Shown here in pieces: positions 7,482 through 17,751 of a DNA stretch of 64,000 nt (position 1 is the stretch's first letter; the number at the start of each line of letters is the position of its first letter). Under the pieces are notes generated by a model. That model was not told the DNA's origin. It made no database searches and saw nothing but the letters and a program-made list of their open reading frames with translations. The stretch is from Alphaproteobacteria bacterium (GTDB lineage Bacteria; Pseudomonadota; Alphaproteobacteria; Bin95): the NCBI GenBank assembly GCA_963665325.3, contig OZ224045.1:288001-352000 (forward strand), in the 5' to 3' direction. The translations under genes were made by a program, and so were the position numbers.

Positions 7482-9131
7482 CTAGACCCGATAGGACTGC
7501 GACTGGCCGGTGAAGGGCGAGATGTCGCGCTCGTCGAGTTCGAGGTGGATCAGCGCCGGCCCCGGATGAGCGAGCGCGGCTGCGAAGGCGCCAGCGAACT
7601 CGCCGGTTTCCCGCACACGGCTTGCGTGAAGGCCATAGGCCCGGCCGACCGCTTCGAAGTCCGGACTCTCGATCCTCGTTCCGAAAATACCAGCGTCGCC
7701 GTAGCGCGTCTGCTGTGAGGTCAGGATCGATCCCCAGGCGTTGTTGTCGCAGACGACGATCTTCACCGGCAGGCGTTCCTGCACCAGCGTCACGGCCTCC
7801 TGTCCCGTCATCAGGAACCCGCCGTCGCCCACAAAGACCACGACCGGCGAACGGGGCCGTGCGAGCGCCGCGCCGATGCCGCCGGGCACGCCGTAGCCCA
7901 TCGCGCCGGCCATCGGCCCCGCCTGGGTGCGCGGATCGCCGAACCGGAAATAGCGATGCACCCAGCGCGCAAAGGTGCCGCTGTCGGTGATGACGACCGC
8001 ATCGGACGGTAATTGCCTTCGGGTTTCGGCAGTGATTTCCGCGAGATCGACACGACCGTGAACGGGCACGCCGCCGGGCTCCGAAAAATCCCGGTAGGCC
8101 CTGTTCAGGCTCGCCCGCCAATCGAGACGGTCCGGATTGCCGCTCGAAACGACGGCGGAGAGCGCCTCCAGTGCGGGCCCCGCATCGGCCCGGACCGCTG
8201 TTCCGGACGGCCAGCGTTCCAGGACAGCGGCGTCGGGATGAATATGGATCAACGTCTGGTCGTCCCGGATCATCGAAAAGTCTCGGGTCGTGATGCCGTC
8301 CAGACGCGCACCCGCGGCAATGACTAGGTCCGCTTCCTCCCAGCCTTGTTCCTGGAAGCTGTCGCGGTTGATCTCCAGATGACCGATATACGCCGGATCG
8401 TCATTGGCGATGGCGTCCTGGCACCTGTAGGCCGTGGTAACGGCCGCACCGCAGGCCGCAGCGAAACCGGCGAGCGAAGCCTCTGCGCCTTCGAACGCAA
8501 TCAGTTCGCCCGCGATCACGACCGGACGGCGGGCGGCGTCGATCAGGCGCGCTGCTTCGGCAATGTCCTCGGCGTCCGGCAGGAGCGGAGCGCGTGGAAC
8601 GGCCTGCGGCACGCTGGGCGTGCCGGCGTCGCCATCCGAAATATCCTTCGGCATGACCAGCACAACGGGACCCGGCCGCCCCGCCATGGCGACTTCGAGT
8701 GCGCGGGCCGCCTTGTCCGGCACGTCCGCCGCCGTTTCGGGTTCCAGCACCGCCTTTGCAATGCCGGAAAACATCTTGTGGTAGTCGATTTCCTGGAACG
8801 CTTCGCGGCCCTTGGAAGCCGTCGGCACGTCGCCGATGACCAGCAGCATCGGCACCGAGTCCTGCCGGGCGACATGCAACCCGATGGACGCATTGGTGGA
8901 GCCAGGACCGCGGCTGACCAGACCGACCGCTGCCTTGCCGGCGACCCGCCCGTAGGCTGCGCACGCGAAAGTGACCCCGGACTCATGGCGGGGCGTGATC
9001 AGGCGGATGCCGTTCGCTCTTCGTTGGAGCGCTGCGAGGACCGGAAGATAGCTTTCTCCGGGAACGGCAAAGGCCGCCTCGACGCCCCATGCCGCCAGCG
9101 TCTCCACCAGGGCTTCACCCCCGTCCATCAT
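7482..9131 (-). CDS. Thiamine pyrophosphate-binding enzyme (acetolactate synthase-like)
   Basis: VPGESYL, RHE, SRGPG, AFQEID, GAMGYGVP, GDGGFLM...NN; TGATG overlap with the upstream gene. Confidence 0.9.
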   Translation of the reverse strand: MMDGGEALVETLAAWGVEAAFAVPGESYLPVLAALQRRANGIRLITPRHESGVTFACAAYGRVAGKAAVGLVSRGPGSTNASIGLHVARQDSVPMLLVIGDVPTASKGREAFQEIDYHKMFSGIAKAVLEPETAADVPDKAARALEVAMAGRPGPVVLVMPKDISDGDAGTPSVPQAVPRAPLLPDAEDIAEAARLIDAARRPVVIAGELIAFEGAEASLAGFAAACGAAVTTAYRCQDAIANDDPAYIGHLEINRDSFQEQGWEEADLVIAAGARLDGITTRDFSMIRDDQTLIHIHPDAAVLERWPSGTAVRADAGPALEALSAVVSSGNPDRLDWRASLNRAYRDFSEPGGVPVHGRVDLAEITAETRRQLPSDAVVITDSGTFARWVHRYFRFGDPRTQAGPMAGAMGYGVPGGIGAALARPRSPVVVFVGDGGFLMTGQEAVTLVQERLPVKIVVCDNNAWGSILTSQQTRYGDAGIFGTRIESPDFEAVGRAYGLHASRVRETGEFAGAFAAALAHPGPALIHLELDERDISPFTGQSQSYRV

Positions 9132-9370
9132 CAATGTCCTTCCGGGTGGTCGTGATTGTCGGGGTCCAGAAGACGGTGCAAGTGCACGACGTAATATCGC
9201 ATGTGCGCATCGTCCACCGAGGCCTGGGCCTTGCCGCGCCAGGCCCTGGCGGCCTCGGTGTAGTTGGGATAGATGCCGACGATATCGAGGGCTTCGAGGT
9301 CGGCGAATTCGGTTCCGTCCGGGTGCACCAGGCGCCCGCCGAAAACGAGGTGGAGGAGTTGCTGGGCCAT
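9131..9370 (-). CDS. DUF4170 domain-containing protein
   Basis: MAQQLLHLVFGG...LDIVGIYPNY..A..AWRGKAQASVDDAHMRY..VHLHRLLDP, a typical alphaproteobacterial small protein. Confidence 0.8.
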   Translation of the reverse strand: MAQQLLHLVFGGRLVHPDGTEFADLEALDIVGIYPNYTEAARAWRGKAQASVDDAHMRYYVVHLHRLLDPDNHDHPEGH

Positions 9371-9530
9371 TCCGGAACTCCCTCGCTTGAGGGTTGCAGA
9401 CCTGAGGCGAATAGCAGCAAGCACAATGAGGCGAAACCCCGCCGGGCGGTCGAAAATCTCAAGCCCTCTATCGATTGCCGCTCTGTTTGTGTTAGCGTCC
9501 GGGGGACATTTGCTGGCGATTGGGGACATC

Positions 9531-10625
9531 GTGCCAGACCAAGAGCGCGCATTCGTCGAATTCGACGGAGTCCAGAAGAGCTATGACGGCGAAACGCTCG
9601 TCGTCAAAAACCTGAATCTCGAAATTGCGCGCGGCGAATTCCTGACGATGCTGGGCCCTTCCGGCTCGGGCAAGACCACCTGCCTGATGATGCTTGCCGG
9701 GTTCGAGGTGGCTACGCACGGCCGGATCAGTCTCGGCGGTCGCCCGATCAACAACATTCCGCCGCACAAGCGCGGCATCGGGATGGTGTTCCAGAATTAC
9801 GCACTCTTCCCGCATATGACGATTGCCGAGAACCTGGCATTTCCGCTGCAGGTGCGCCGGATGAGCCGCACCGAGGTCGATGAGAAGGTCCAGCGCGCGC
9901 TGGACATGGTCCAGATGGGTGGCTCGGAGTTTGCGGGACGCCGCCCGGCCCAGCTTTCCGGCGGTCAGCAACAGCGCGTGGCGCTTGCGCGCGCCCTGGT
10001 TTTCGAACCGGAACTCGTCCTGATGGATGAGCCGCTGGGCGCTCTCGACAAGCAGCTGCGGGAACATATGCAGTTCGAGATCAAGCATCTGCATGAGCGG
10101 CTCGGCGTCACGGTCGTCTATGTCACGCACGACCAGTCCGAAGCCCTGACGATGTCCGACCGGATCGCGGTCTTCAACGACGGCGTGATCCAGCAGCTCG
10201 CGACGCCGGAAGACCTCTACGAGAGGCCTGAAAACGCTTTCGTGGCGCAATTCATCGGCGAGAACAACAAGCTCGACGGCATGGTGACAGCGTTTGCGGA
10301 CAGAGAAGCGCGCGTCCATCTGGACGGCGCCGAGGAGATCGGCGCGCTGGCGGTCAATTGCCGAGGCGTTGGCTTCCGGACGATGTTGTCGATCCGGCCG
10401 GAACGCGTGCTGATTGCGGAACCCTCGGCGCCTAACCAGCTTGAGGGCAGGGTCGTGGAACTGATCTATCTGGGCGATCACATCCGCTGTCGGATGGAGG
10501 TCGCCGGACGGGATGACTTTATCGTCAAGATCCCGAATTCCGCCAAACATTCGGTGTTGAAGGTGGGAGAGACTATTCCCATAGGCTGGCTCACAAGCGA
10601 TTGTCGAGCCTTGGATGCGGCGTGA
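9531..10625 (+). CDS. Polyamine-type ABC transporter ATP-binding protein (PotA-like)
   Basis: GPSGSGKT, VFQNYALFPH, LSGGQQQR, DEPLGALD, C-terminal TOBE domain; GTG start after GGGGA. Confidence 0.93.
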   Translation: MPDQERAFVEFDGVQKSYDGETLVVKNLNLEIARGEFLTMLGPSGSGKTTCLMMLAGFEVATHGRISLGGRPINNIPPHKRGIGMVFQNYALFPHMTIAENLAFPLQVRRMSRTEVDEKVQRALDMVQMGGSEFAGRRPAQLSGGQQQRVALARALVFEPELVLMDEPLGALDKQLREHMQFEIKHLHERLGVTVVYVTHDQSEALTMSDRIAVFNDGVIQQLATPEDLYERPENAFVAQFIGENNKLDGMVTAFADREARVHLDGAEEIGALAVNCRGVGFRTMLSIRPERVLIAEPSAPNQLEGRVVELIYLGDHIRCRMEVAGRDDFIVKIPNSAKHSVLKVGETIPIGWLTSDCRALDAA

Positions 10626-10706
10626 TGGTGACCCGGATGGTGTGCCGCTGTTTTTCTGTTACGCCGTACGTGGATTGAACGAGTGGTAAACAAGGGAGAA
10701 CGCCAC

Positions 10707-11804
10707 ATGAGACTCAGAACATTCCTTGCAGCCGGCGCGGTCGCCTCCGTGGCGATGGCCGGCGCAGCGCAGGCGGAGGACATGACCATCGTGTCCTGGG
10801 GCGGTGCCTACTCGGCATCCCAGATGAACGCCTACCACAAGCCCTACATGGAAATGAATGAGGGCGTGAACATCATCAACGATGAGAGCGCGGCGGAAGC
10901 GGTCGCCAAGCTTCGCGCCATGGCCGAAGCCGGCAACACGACCTGGGACGTGGTCGATGTCGTGGCATCGGACGCCATCCGGCTGTGCGACGAAGGCCTG
11001 GCCATGGAAATCGATGTGGATTCGGTGCTGGCGGCTGCGCCCGACGGCTCGCCTGCGTCCAAGGACTTCGGCGAGTTTCTCGTGACGCCCTGCTTCGTCC
11101 CGCAGATCGTCTACTCGACGACCTTCGGCTACCGCACCGACCTGGTCGGCGATACGCCGCCCAAGAACGTCTGCGCCGTGTTCGACCTGGAGAATTATCC
11201 GGGCAAGCGCAGCCTCGAGAAACGCCCGATCAACAACATGGAATGGGCGCTGATGTGCGACGGCGTCGCCATGGCGGACATTTACGACGTGCTGGCGACC
11301 GAGGAAGGCCAGGCGCAAGCCTTCGCCAAGCTCGATACGATCAAGGACGAGGTCGTGTGGTGGTCTGCCGGCGCAGATACGCCGCAGCTTCTGGCGGACG
11401 GCGAGATCGTGATCGGCTCCACCTATAACGGGCGCCTGTTCAAGCTGATCGAAGAGGACAAGCAGCCGGTCGCCATGCTGTGGGACGGCCAGGTGTTCGA
11501 CCTCGACGGGTGGATCGTCCCGGCGAACCTGAGCGACGAGCGCAAGAAGCGCGCGCTGCACTATCTGAATTTCGCCACCGACACCCAGCGCCTTGCGGAC
11601 CAGGCGAAATACATCTCCTACGGTCCGGCGCGCGCGTCCTCTGCGCCGCTGGTGGGCAAGCATGCGAGCCTCGGAATCGAAATGGGCCCGCATATGCCGA
11701 ACCACCCGGATAACTTGAGCAACACGCTGCTCTACAATTACGAGTTCTGGGCGGACTATCGCGACGACATCGACGCGAAGTTCCAGACCTGGCTCGCAAA
11801 ATAG
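10707..11804 (+). CDS. Polyamine-type ABC transporter substrate-binding protein
   Basis: Signal peptide, VSWGGAY, WDVVD, QLLADGE, YNGR, YISYGP; GGGAG RBS. Confidence 0.9.
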   Translation: MRLRTFLAAGAVASVAMAGAAQAEDMTIVSWGGAYSASQMNAYHKPYMEMNEGVNIINDESAAEAVAKLRAMAEAGNTTWDVVDVVASDAIRLCDEGLAMEIDVDSVLAAAPDGSPASKDFGEFLVTPCFVPQIVYSTTFGYRTDLVGDTPPKNVCAVFDLENYPGKRSLEKRPINNMEWALMCDGVAMADIYDVLATEEGQAQAFAKLDTIKDEVVWWSAGADTPQLLADGEIVIGSTYNGRLFKLIEEDKQPVAMLWDGQVFDLDGWIVPANLSDERKKRALHYLNFATDTQRLADQAKYISYGPARASSAPLVGKHASLGIEMGPHMPNHPDNLSNTLLYNYEFWADYRDDIDAKFQTWLAK

Positions 11805-11815
11805 GGCTGTTCTGA

Positions 11816-11837
11816 GGAGGGGCCTCCGGGCCCCTCC
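11816..11837 (+). terminator. Hairpin after the SBP gene (partial terminator or mRNA stabiliser)
   Basis: GGAGGGGCC-tccg-GGCCCCTCC followed by a pyrimidine tract. Confidence 0.6.
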
Positions 11838-11875
11838 ATCCTTTCCCGCTTTCAACCGAAGGCGAACGCAATCCC

Positions 11876-13144
11876 ATGGCGAACGGCGAAGGCGTTTCCG
11901 GACCGATCCTCGCGGCAGACGGCCGGCCCCTGAAGCAGTCGCTTGCCCGGGCTTTGCGTATGCAAAAAATGCGTGCGCTGGCGCTGATCGCGCCGCTGCT
12001 GATCTTCATTCTGGTCACCTTCGCCGCGCCGATCGCGGACATGCTGTTCCGGTCGATCGAGAACTCGATCGTGCCCGCCACACTACCGCTGACCGTGAAG
12101 GCGCTTGAAGACTGGGACGACGCATCCGGCAAACCGCCGGGCGAAGAGGCTTTTGCCGCGCTGCACAAGGACCTGCTGGTCGCGGTCGACGCCAAGGCGC
12201 ATACCAAGCTCGGCTCGCGGCTGAACTACGAGCAAACGGGCATTGCCAGCCTGCTGCGCAAGACGGGCCGGCACGTCAAGAGAATGAAGGAGGACGGCAA
12301 CCTCGCCGCCCAGTTTGCGAAGGTCCACAAGGGTTGGGCCGACCCGGAGACCTGGGGAACGGTCAAGCGGTTCTCGGGCTCCCACACATCCGGCTACTTC
12401 CTCAATGCGGTGGATGCCAGGCTGGGTTCGGGCGGCGTTGAGGCAAGGCCGGACAACGAACGGATCTACATTTTCCTGTTTGAGCGCACCCTGTTCCTCA
12501 GCATCGTCATCACGGTCTCCTGTCTCCTGATCGGCTACCCGGTCGCCTTCCTGTTGGCGACACTGCCGATGCGCACCTCGAACGTGCTGATGATCCTCGT
12601 GCTCCTGCCGTTCTGGACCTCCCTGCTGGTCCGGACCTCGGCCTGGAAGGTGCTACTCCAGCAGCAGGGGGTCATCAACGATACGCTGGTCTTCGTGGGG
12701 CTCGTCGCCGACGATGCGCGGCTTGCGATGATCAACAACCAGACCGGCACGATCATCGCCATGACGCATATCCTGCTGCCGTTCATGATCCTGCCGCTCT
12801 ATTCGGTGATGCGCACGATCCCGCCGAGCTACATGCGCGCCGCAAAGTCCTTGGGCGCGACGGACTGGACCGCCTTCTGGAGGGTCTATTTCCCGCAGAG
12901 CGTGCCTGGCATCGGCGCGGGCTCGATCCTCGTCTTCATCCTCTCCATCGGCTACTACATCACGCCCGAGCTGGTTGGCGGCACTTCGGGCACCTTCATC
13001 TCCAACCGGATCGCCTACCACATCTCGTCGAGCCTCAATTGGGGGCTGGCTGCGGCGCTGGGTGTGATCCTGCTGATCGTGGTGCTGGTCCTCTACTGGC
13101 TCTACGACAGGATCGTCGGCATCGACAACGTGAAACTGGGATAG
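11876..13144 (+). CDS. ABC transporter permease (PotB-like)
   Basis: LLPFWTSLLVRT, HILLPFMILPLY, AAKSLGA (EAA loop). Confidence 0.92.
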   Translation: MANGEGVSGPILAADGRPLKQSLARALRMQKMRALALIAPLLIFILVTFAAPIADMLFRSIENSIVPATLPLTVKALEDWDDASGKPPGEEAFAALHKDLLVAVDAKAHTKLGSRLNYEQTGIASLLRKTGRHVKRMKEDGNLAAQFAKVHKGWADPETWGTVKRFSGSHTSGYFLNAVDARLGSGGVEARPDNERIYIFLFERTLFLSIVITVSCLLIGYPVAFLLATLPMRTSNVLMILVLLPFWTSLLVRTSAWKVLLQQQGVINDTLVFVGLVADDARLAMINNQTGTIIAMTHILLPFMILPLYSVMRTIPPSYMRAAKSLGATDWTAFWRVYFPQSVPGIGAGSILVFILSIGYYITPELVGGTSGTFISNRIAYHISSSLNWGLAAALGVILLIVVLVLYWLYDRIVGIDNVKLG

Positions 13145-13149
13145 ACCGT

Positions 13150-14004
13150 ATGGCCGCTCTGCCGCCTTATGCATCGACCGGCCAAAAGCTTTGGTACTGG
13201 GGCTTCCGGGCAATCTGCGCGCTGGTCTTCTTTTTTCTGATCTTCCCACTGCTGGTCGTTGTCCCGCTCAGCTTCAACTCGCTGCCCTATTTCACTTTCA
13301 CGCCGGAGATGCTGAGATTCGCGCCGGGCGCTTACAGCCTGGTGAACTACAACGATTTCTTCACCAACTCCGACTGGCAGAACGCGCTCTACAACTCCGT
13401 GCGCATCGCGCCGGTGGCGACGCTCGTGTCGGTGAGCCTGGGAACGCTCGCCGCAATCGGCCTCTCGCAGAGCCATGTGCCGTTTCGCGGCGCGATCATG
13501 GCGGTGCTGATCTCCCCGATGATCGTGCCGCTCATCATCTCCGCGGCCGGCATGTATTTCTTCTATTCGCGCATCGGCCTCCAGGGTACTTATGTCGGCG
13601 TCGTGCTGGCCCATGCGGCGCTCGGCATACCCTTTGTCATCATTACGGTGACCGCGACCCTTGTCGGGTTCGACAGGAGCCTGACGCGCGCTGCGGCCAA
13701 TCTCGGCGCCAATCCGGTGCGGACGTTCTTCAAGGTGCAGGCGCCGCTGATCCTGCCGGGTGTGATCTCAGGCGGCCTCTTCGCCTTCATCACTTCCTTC
13801 GACGAGGTGGTCGTGGTGCTGTTCGTGGGCTCAGCCGGCCAGAAGACGCTCCCCTGGCAGATGTTCACCGGCCTGCGCGAGCAGATCAGCCCGACGATCC
13901 TTGCCGTCGCGACCATCCTCGTGGTCATCTCGATCTGCCTGCTGACCACCGTCGAACTGCTGCGGCGCCGTTCCGAGCGGCTCAGAGGCATGTCGCCACA
14001 GTAG
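13150..14004 (+). CDS. ABC transporter permease (PotC-like)
   Basis: SPMIVP, AAANLGA, FITSFDEVVV. Confidence 0.92.
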   Translation: MAALPPYASTGQKLWYWGFRAICALVFFFLIFPLLVVVPLSFNSLPYFTFTPEMLRFAPGAYSLVNYNDFFTNSDWQNALYNSVRIAPVATLVSVSLGTLAAIGLSQSHVPFRGAIMAVLISPMIVPLIISAAGMYFFYSRIGLQGTYVGVVLAHAALGIPFVIITVTATLVGFDRSLTRAAANLGANPVRTFFKVQAPLILPGVISGGLFAFITSFDEVVVVLFVGSAGQKTLPWQMFTGLREQISPTILAVATILVVISICLLTTVELLRRRSERLRGMSPQ

Positions 14005-14090
14005 AGAATACCCCCGGCCAGGGCGCCGCGGCTTGATTGCGCCGCCCAGGGCATCACATCTTGCGGCAGCGCAAGGCAAAGGAACGCTCG

Positions 14091-14264
14091 ATGGGCACTG
14101 CGCTCGGTCTGGTCATGTCCGCCCTGGTCGCGATACTGGGGATCGTCGCCATGCGTATAGGCTTCGGCAGCGACGACGGCCTGCAGGCCAGGGTTGGCGG
14201 CAGCGTTATCACCGTTATCGGCATCGTTGGACTCGTCATCGGCCTGGTGGCGGCCTTCGATTAG
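14091..14264 (+). CDS. Small two-TM hypothetical membrane protein (57 aa)
   Basis: AAGGAA RBS; two hydrophobic helices; GC3-rich codons; stop overlaps the TRAP permease stop. Confidence 0.65.
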   Translation: MGTALGLVMSALVAILGIVAMRIGFGSDDGLQARVGGSVITVIGIVGLVIGLVAAFD

Positions 14265-16291
14265 ACCGTCCGCGCCGTCCCCCGCCGGTTCATGAGCCAG
14301 CCCGCCGCTGCAGCCGGGGCACCCAGCACCACGGATACGATCAGCAATTGCGTGTGCGTATAGCCGGTCAGCTCGCCGCCTGGCAGGGCCAGCAGAAGGC
14401 CGGAAAAGAACAATGCGGCACGTATCGGCCATGCCGCCACCGGGTTGCCGGTGAGCGACCCGATGCCGATCAGATAGCCCTGAAGGGCTCCTGAGATCAG
14501 CACGACCCCGGCGAAGGCAAGCCCGCAGACAGTGATGACCTCGACGGTCGAGCCGTGGCCGATAAGCGCCGGGTTCAGCACGAAGAAGAACGGCACGAAA
14601 TAGATGATCGCGCCGAGCCGCATCGCCTCGAAACCTGTCGTAATGGGGTTGGCGCGGGCCACTGTCGCTGCCGCAAACGCACCGAGCGCGACGGGCGGCG
14701 TGATGAAGGAGATCATGCCCCAGTACATCATGTAGAGATGGACCGCGAGCAGGTCGAGCCGCCCACTGGCGGTAAGCGCGGGCGCAAGCGCGATGGCCAG
14801 GAAGAGATAGGCGGCCGTCACCGTCATGCCCATGCCGAGGATGAAGCTGGTCAGCGCCCCCATTACCAGCAGTATGAAGATCGAATCGCCGGCAAGATCG
14901 ACAAGCTCCAGCGAGAGGTTGCCGACTTTTCCGGTCAGCATCAGCGCGCCGATGATGAGGCCGACGCCCGCCAGAATGCCGGCGAGCTCCGTGAACAGCT
15001 TCGCGACACCGATGAGGAACTGCTTGCACCGCTCCAGGTTCCAGCGGTCGTGCGCCCGCACCTGGTTAATGACGATCAGAAGGGCTGCAGCGTAATACGG
15101 CGCCTGCGCTTCCTGCTGCATGACCAGCAGCATCACGATCAGCAGCACCAGCACGAAGATGAAGTGCCAGCCGTCGCGCATGACCTGCCGCGCTTTCGGC
15201 ATTTCTGACTTCGGCAGGCCGGTAAGGCCGAATCGGGCCGAATAGGCGTCGATCTGCATGAACAGGCTGAAATAGTAGAGCAGCGAGGGAATGATCGCCG
15301 CCATCAAAATCACCGCGTAGGAGATTTCGAGGAAGGTCGCCATGATAAAGGCGGTGGCGCCCATCACGGGGGGCATCAGCACGCCGCCTGTGGATGCGCA
15401 GGCCTCCACACCGCCCGCATAGGCCGGCCGGAAGCCCACACGCTTCATCGCCGGGATGGAAAGCGCGCCGGTGGTCAGCACGTTGGTGATGACCGAGCCG
15501 CTCATCGAACCCATCAGGCCGGACGAGAAGATCGCAACCTTGGCCGGCCCGCCGCGGTAGCGTCCGAGCAGGGCGAATGCCAGGTTCAGGAAGAAGGCCC
15601 CACCACCGGTGAATTGCAATGCGACGCCGAAAATAAGGAATCCGACCACCAGCGAGGCGAACGCGCGCATGGGAATGCCCATGACGCTTTCCGTGCCGAA
15701 CATGTGGAAGCTGGCGGTCACGGCCATGGACTCGGCCTGGCCTTCGAGGAAACCGGGCGCATGCTCCGCCAGGGCCGGGTAGAGCGAAACGACGAAGCAG
15801 ATGATGAAGATCGGCATGCCCCCTGCCCTGCGGGTCGCCTCGAGCACCATCGCCCACATGAAATAGGAGGCGTAGATTGCCCATTCTGGCGCGTCGTATT
15901 CCCAACCCTGCTCCAGGTTTTCTTCACCGTGCGCGGCAAAGACGAGCGAGACCGTAAACACGACGAGCGCGAGCAGCATGTCGTACCAGGGCACCCGGTC
16001 CATCGGCCCCACGCCCTTCCACGGCGGATAGAGCAGGAACACCAAAGGAAGAAGCATGGCGAACATGAAGTAGTAGTATTCGGTCTCCTCTCCGAAGATT
16101 TTGACGTCGATCATCAAATGGACGTTGAAGATGAAATAGATGGAGGCCAGCACCGACAGGCTGGATGCCGCCACCAGAATTGTCATCCAGATCGGTCCCA
16201 GATCGCGGTGGCGGCTGATGGATGCCTCCGCCTTTTCGACCGCGTCTTCCGCCTGACGGCTAAGCGCCGTCGGTTCGCCGGACTGAGCCAT
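14261..16291 (-). CDS. TRAP transporter fused permease (4TM/12TM, TAXI-associated)
   Basis: GGPAKVAI, EACASTGG.LMPPVMGATAF, ILGMGM, ITPPVALGAFAAA. Confidence 0.93.
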   Translation of the reverse strand: MAQSGEPTALSRQAEDAVEKAEASISRHRDLGPIWMTILVAASSLSVLASIYFIFNVHLMIDVKIFGEETEYYYFMFAMLLPLVFLLYPPWKGVGPMDRVPWYDMLLALVVFTVSLVFAAHGEENLEQGWEYDAPEWAIYASYFMWAMVLEATRRAGGMPIFIICFVVSLYPALAEHAPGFLEGQAESMAVTASFHMFGTESVMGIPMRAFASLVVGFLIFGVALQFTGGGAFFLNLAFALLGRYRGGPAKVAIFSSGLMGSMSGSVITNVLTTGALSIPAMKRVGFRPAYAGGVEACASTGGVLMPPVMGATAFIMATFLEISYAVILMAAIIPSLLYYFSLFMQIDAYSARFGLTGLPKSEMPKARQVMRDGWHFIFVLVLLIVMLLVMQQEAQAPYYAAALLIVINQVRAHDRWNLERCKQFLIGVAKLFTELAGILAGVGLIIGALMLTGKVGNLSLELVDLAGDSIFILLVMGALTSFILGMGMTVTAAYLFLAIALAPALTASGRLDLLAVHLYMMYWGMISFITPPVALGAFAAATVARANPITTGFEAMRLGAIIYFVPFFFVLNPALIGHGSTVEVITVCGLAFAGVVLISGALQGYLIGIGSLTGNPVAAWPIRAALFFSGLLLALPGGELTGYTHTQLLIVSVVLGAPAAAAGWLMNRRGTARTV

Positions 16292-16336
16292 ATCCTTACG
16301 CCTCGATGTCTGGAGCAACTGGTTCCGTCAAACGAA

Positions 16337-16365
16337 CGGACCCGCCGCTGGAAACGGCGGGTCCG
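16337..16365 (-). terminator. Hairpin between the TAXI SBP and permease genes
   Basis: CGGACCCGCCG-N7-CGGCGGGTCCG followed by TTCGTTT on the minus strand. Confidence 0.6.
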
Positions 16366-16420
16366 AGCCTGTCAGGCTCCCGGCGACGACACGCTCGCGC
16401 CGCCGGGGCCAGTCGAACGA

Positions 16421-17581
16421 TCAGGAGAACGGCGCGTCCATTCCGGCTGCCGTCAGCGCATCGCCGCGCGCCTTGAGCCATCCGGACAGGTAGGCGTCGT
16501 CGTCATCCATGTCCTTGTTCGCCGCATGATACGTCTTCCACGCGCCGATCAGCACATCCTGACGCTTCAGCATGGCGTTGTTGTGCGCCTCGGCATCCGC
16601 ACCCCAGGCGCCCGCTTCCTTGTAGTAGCGGATCGAGCCATCCGCATAGGGGAAGACCCATTTGAAGTTCTGCTGGGAAAGCTGGTAGCCGGCCGTGCCC
16701 CCTTGAGCCTTGAAGCCGTCATAACCCTCCATGACCGCCTTGGTCATGGCGTAGCTGAAGTCATCGCTCATCCCGCCGGCGAGCCCGACGATGATCGGAT
16801 ACGGGTAAATCTGGCCGTCGACCTCCGGCTTGCCGGTGACGTTGTTCTCGAGGCCGATGCCGAGCGTGACCTTGTTCGGGTTCCAGAACGGCGCAACGGC
16901 CTTGGCACGCGCCCAGCCCTCCTTGTCATCGGGAGGCAGCTGAACCCACCAATTGCCTCTCGGCGAAGCCATCAGGCGATTGACGTGCGGCGACATGGTC
17001 GAGACCATCACGGCATCCGCCTGGCCGCCGATCACACCGTCCACAGCCTGTTTCCAGCCGGGGAACTCGACGATGGTGACATCGTCCTCCGTCACTCCAC
17101 CGAAGGCCATCAAAGCCTTGAGGTTGGTGTTGAGCGCCGGCGAGCCCTTGATATAGGCCATCTTCTTGCCCTTGAGGTCGGCGGCTGTCTTGATTCCCGC
17201 GTCACCCGCGATCGCCGGCATCAGGCCGTGTGGTCCCTTGGTATTGTTGTACAGGTTGCGGATCGGCATCGGTCCCCAGTCCTTGGAGCCGAACATGAAC
17301 ACGCCTTCCTGGTTGAAGTAGGAAGAGATGCCGCAGGCGCAGATATGCGCGCGCCCCTTCTTCACCGGGATCATGCGCGAGACGTCGTTCTTGCCCGGAA
17401 TCACGCGCAACTCGACATCATGCGTCCGCTTGAGCATGGCGCCGATGGCAATGGACTGGGCGTAGCCGGACGACGTGGTGCCGTAAGCCGTAAGCGTCAC
17501 GGTCTTCGGCAGATCGGCCGCCAAGGCCGGAGCCGCCATCCCGGCGACCACCGCCGCCGCGGCAAGCATACGAAGGTTCAT
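16421..17581 (-). CDS. TAXI family TRAP transporter solute-binding protein
   Basis: Signal peptide, TAYGTTSSGY, ADLKGKK, FPYADGSIRYYKE; GGAGGG RBS. Confidence 0.88.
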   Translation of the reverse strand: MNLRMLAAAAVVAGMAAPALAADLPKTVTLTAYGTTSSGYAQSIAIGAMLKRTHDVELRVIPGKNDVSRMIPVKKGRAHICACGISSYFNQEGVFMFGSKDWGPMPIRNLYNNTKGPHGLMPAIAGDAGIKTAADLKGKKMAYIKGSPALNTNLKALMAFGGVTEDDVTIVEFPGWKQAVDGVIGGQADAVMVSTMSPHVNRLMASPRGNWWVQLPPDDKEGWARAKAVAPFWNPNKVTLGIGLENNVTGKPEVDGQIYPYPIIVGLAGGMSDDFSYAMTKAVMEGYDGFKAQGGTAGYQLSQQNFKWVFPYADGSIRYYKEAGAWGADAEAHNNAMLKRQDVLIGAWKTYHAANKDMDDDDAYLSGWLKARGDALTAAGMDAPFS

Positions 17582-17751
17582 TGGGGTCCCTCCCTTTCGT
17601 TCTTCCCTTATCCTGCCGATTTGCGACGGGTTCCACAAGCGCCGACAAAAACCCGATTTCACAGGCAATTCCGTCCGATCCTTGCGCCTGCCGGACCGCC
17701 CGCATATGGTCGCGAGTTCGTGGAGCCTGGAACTGGACGGGGCGCCGGACG

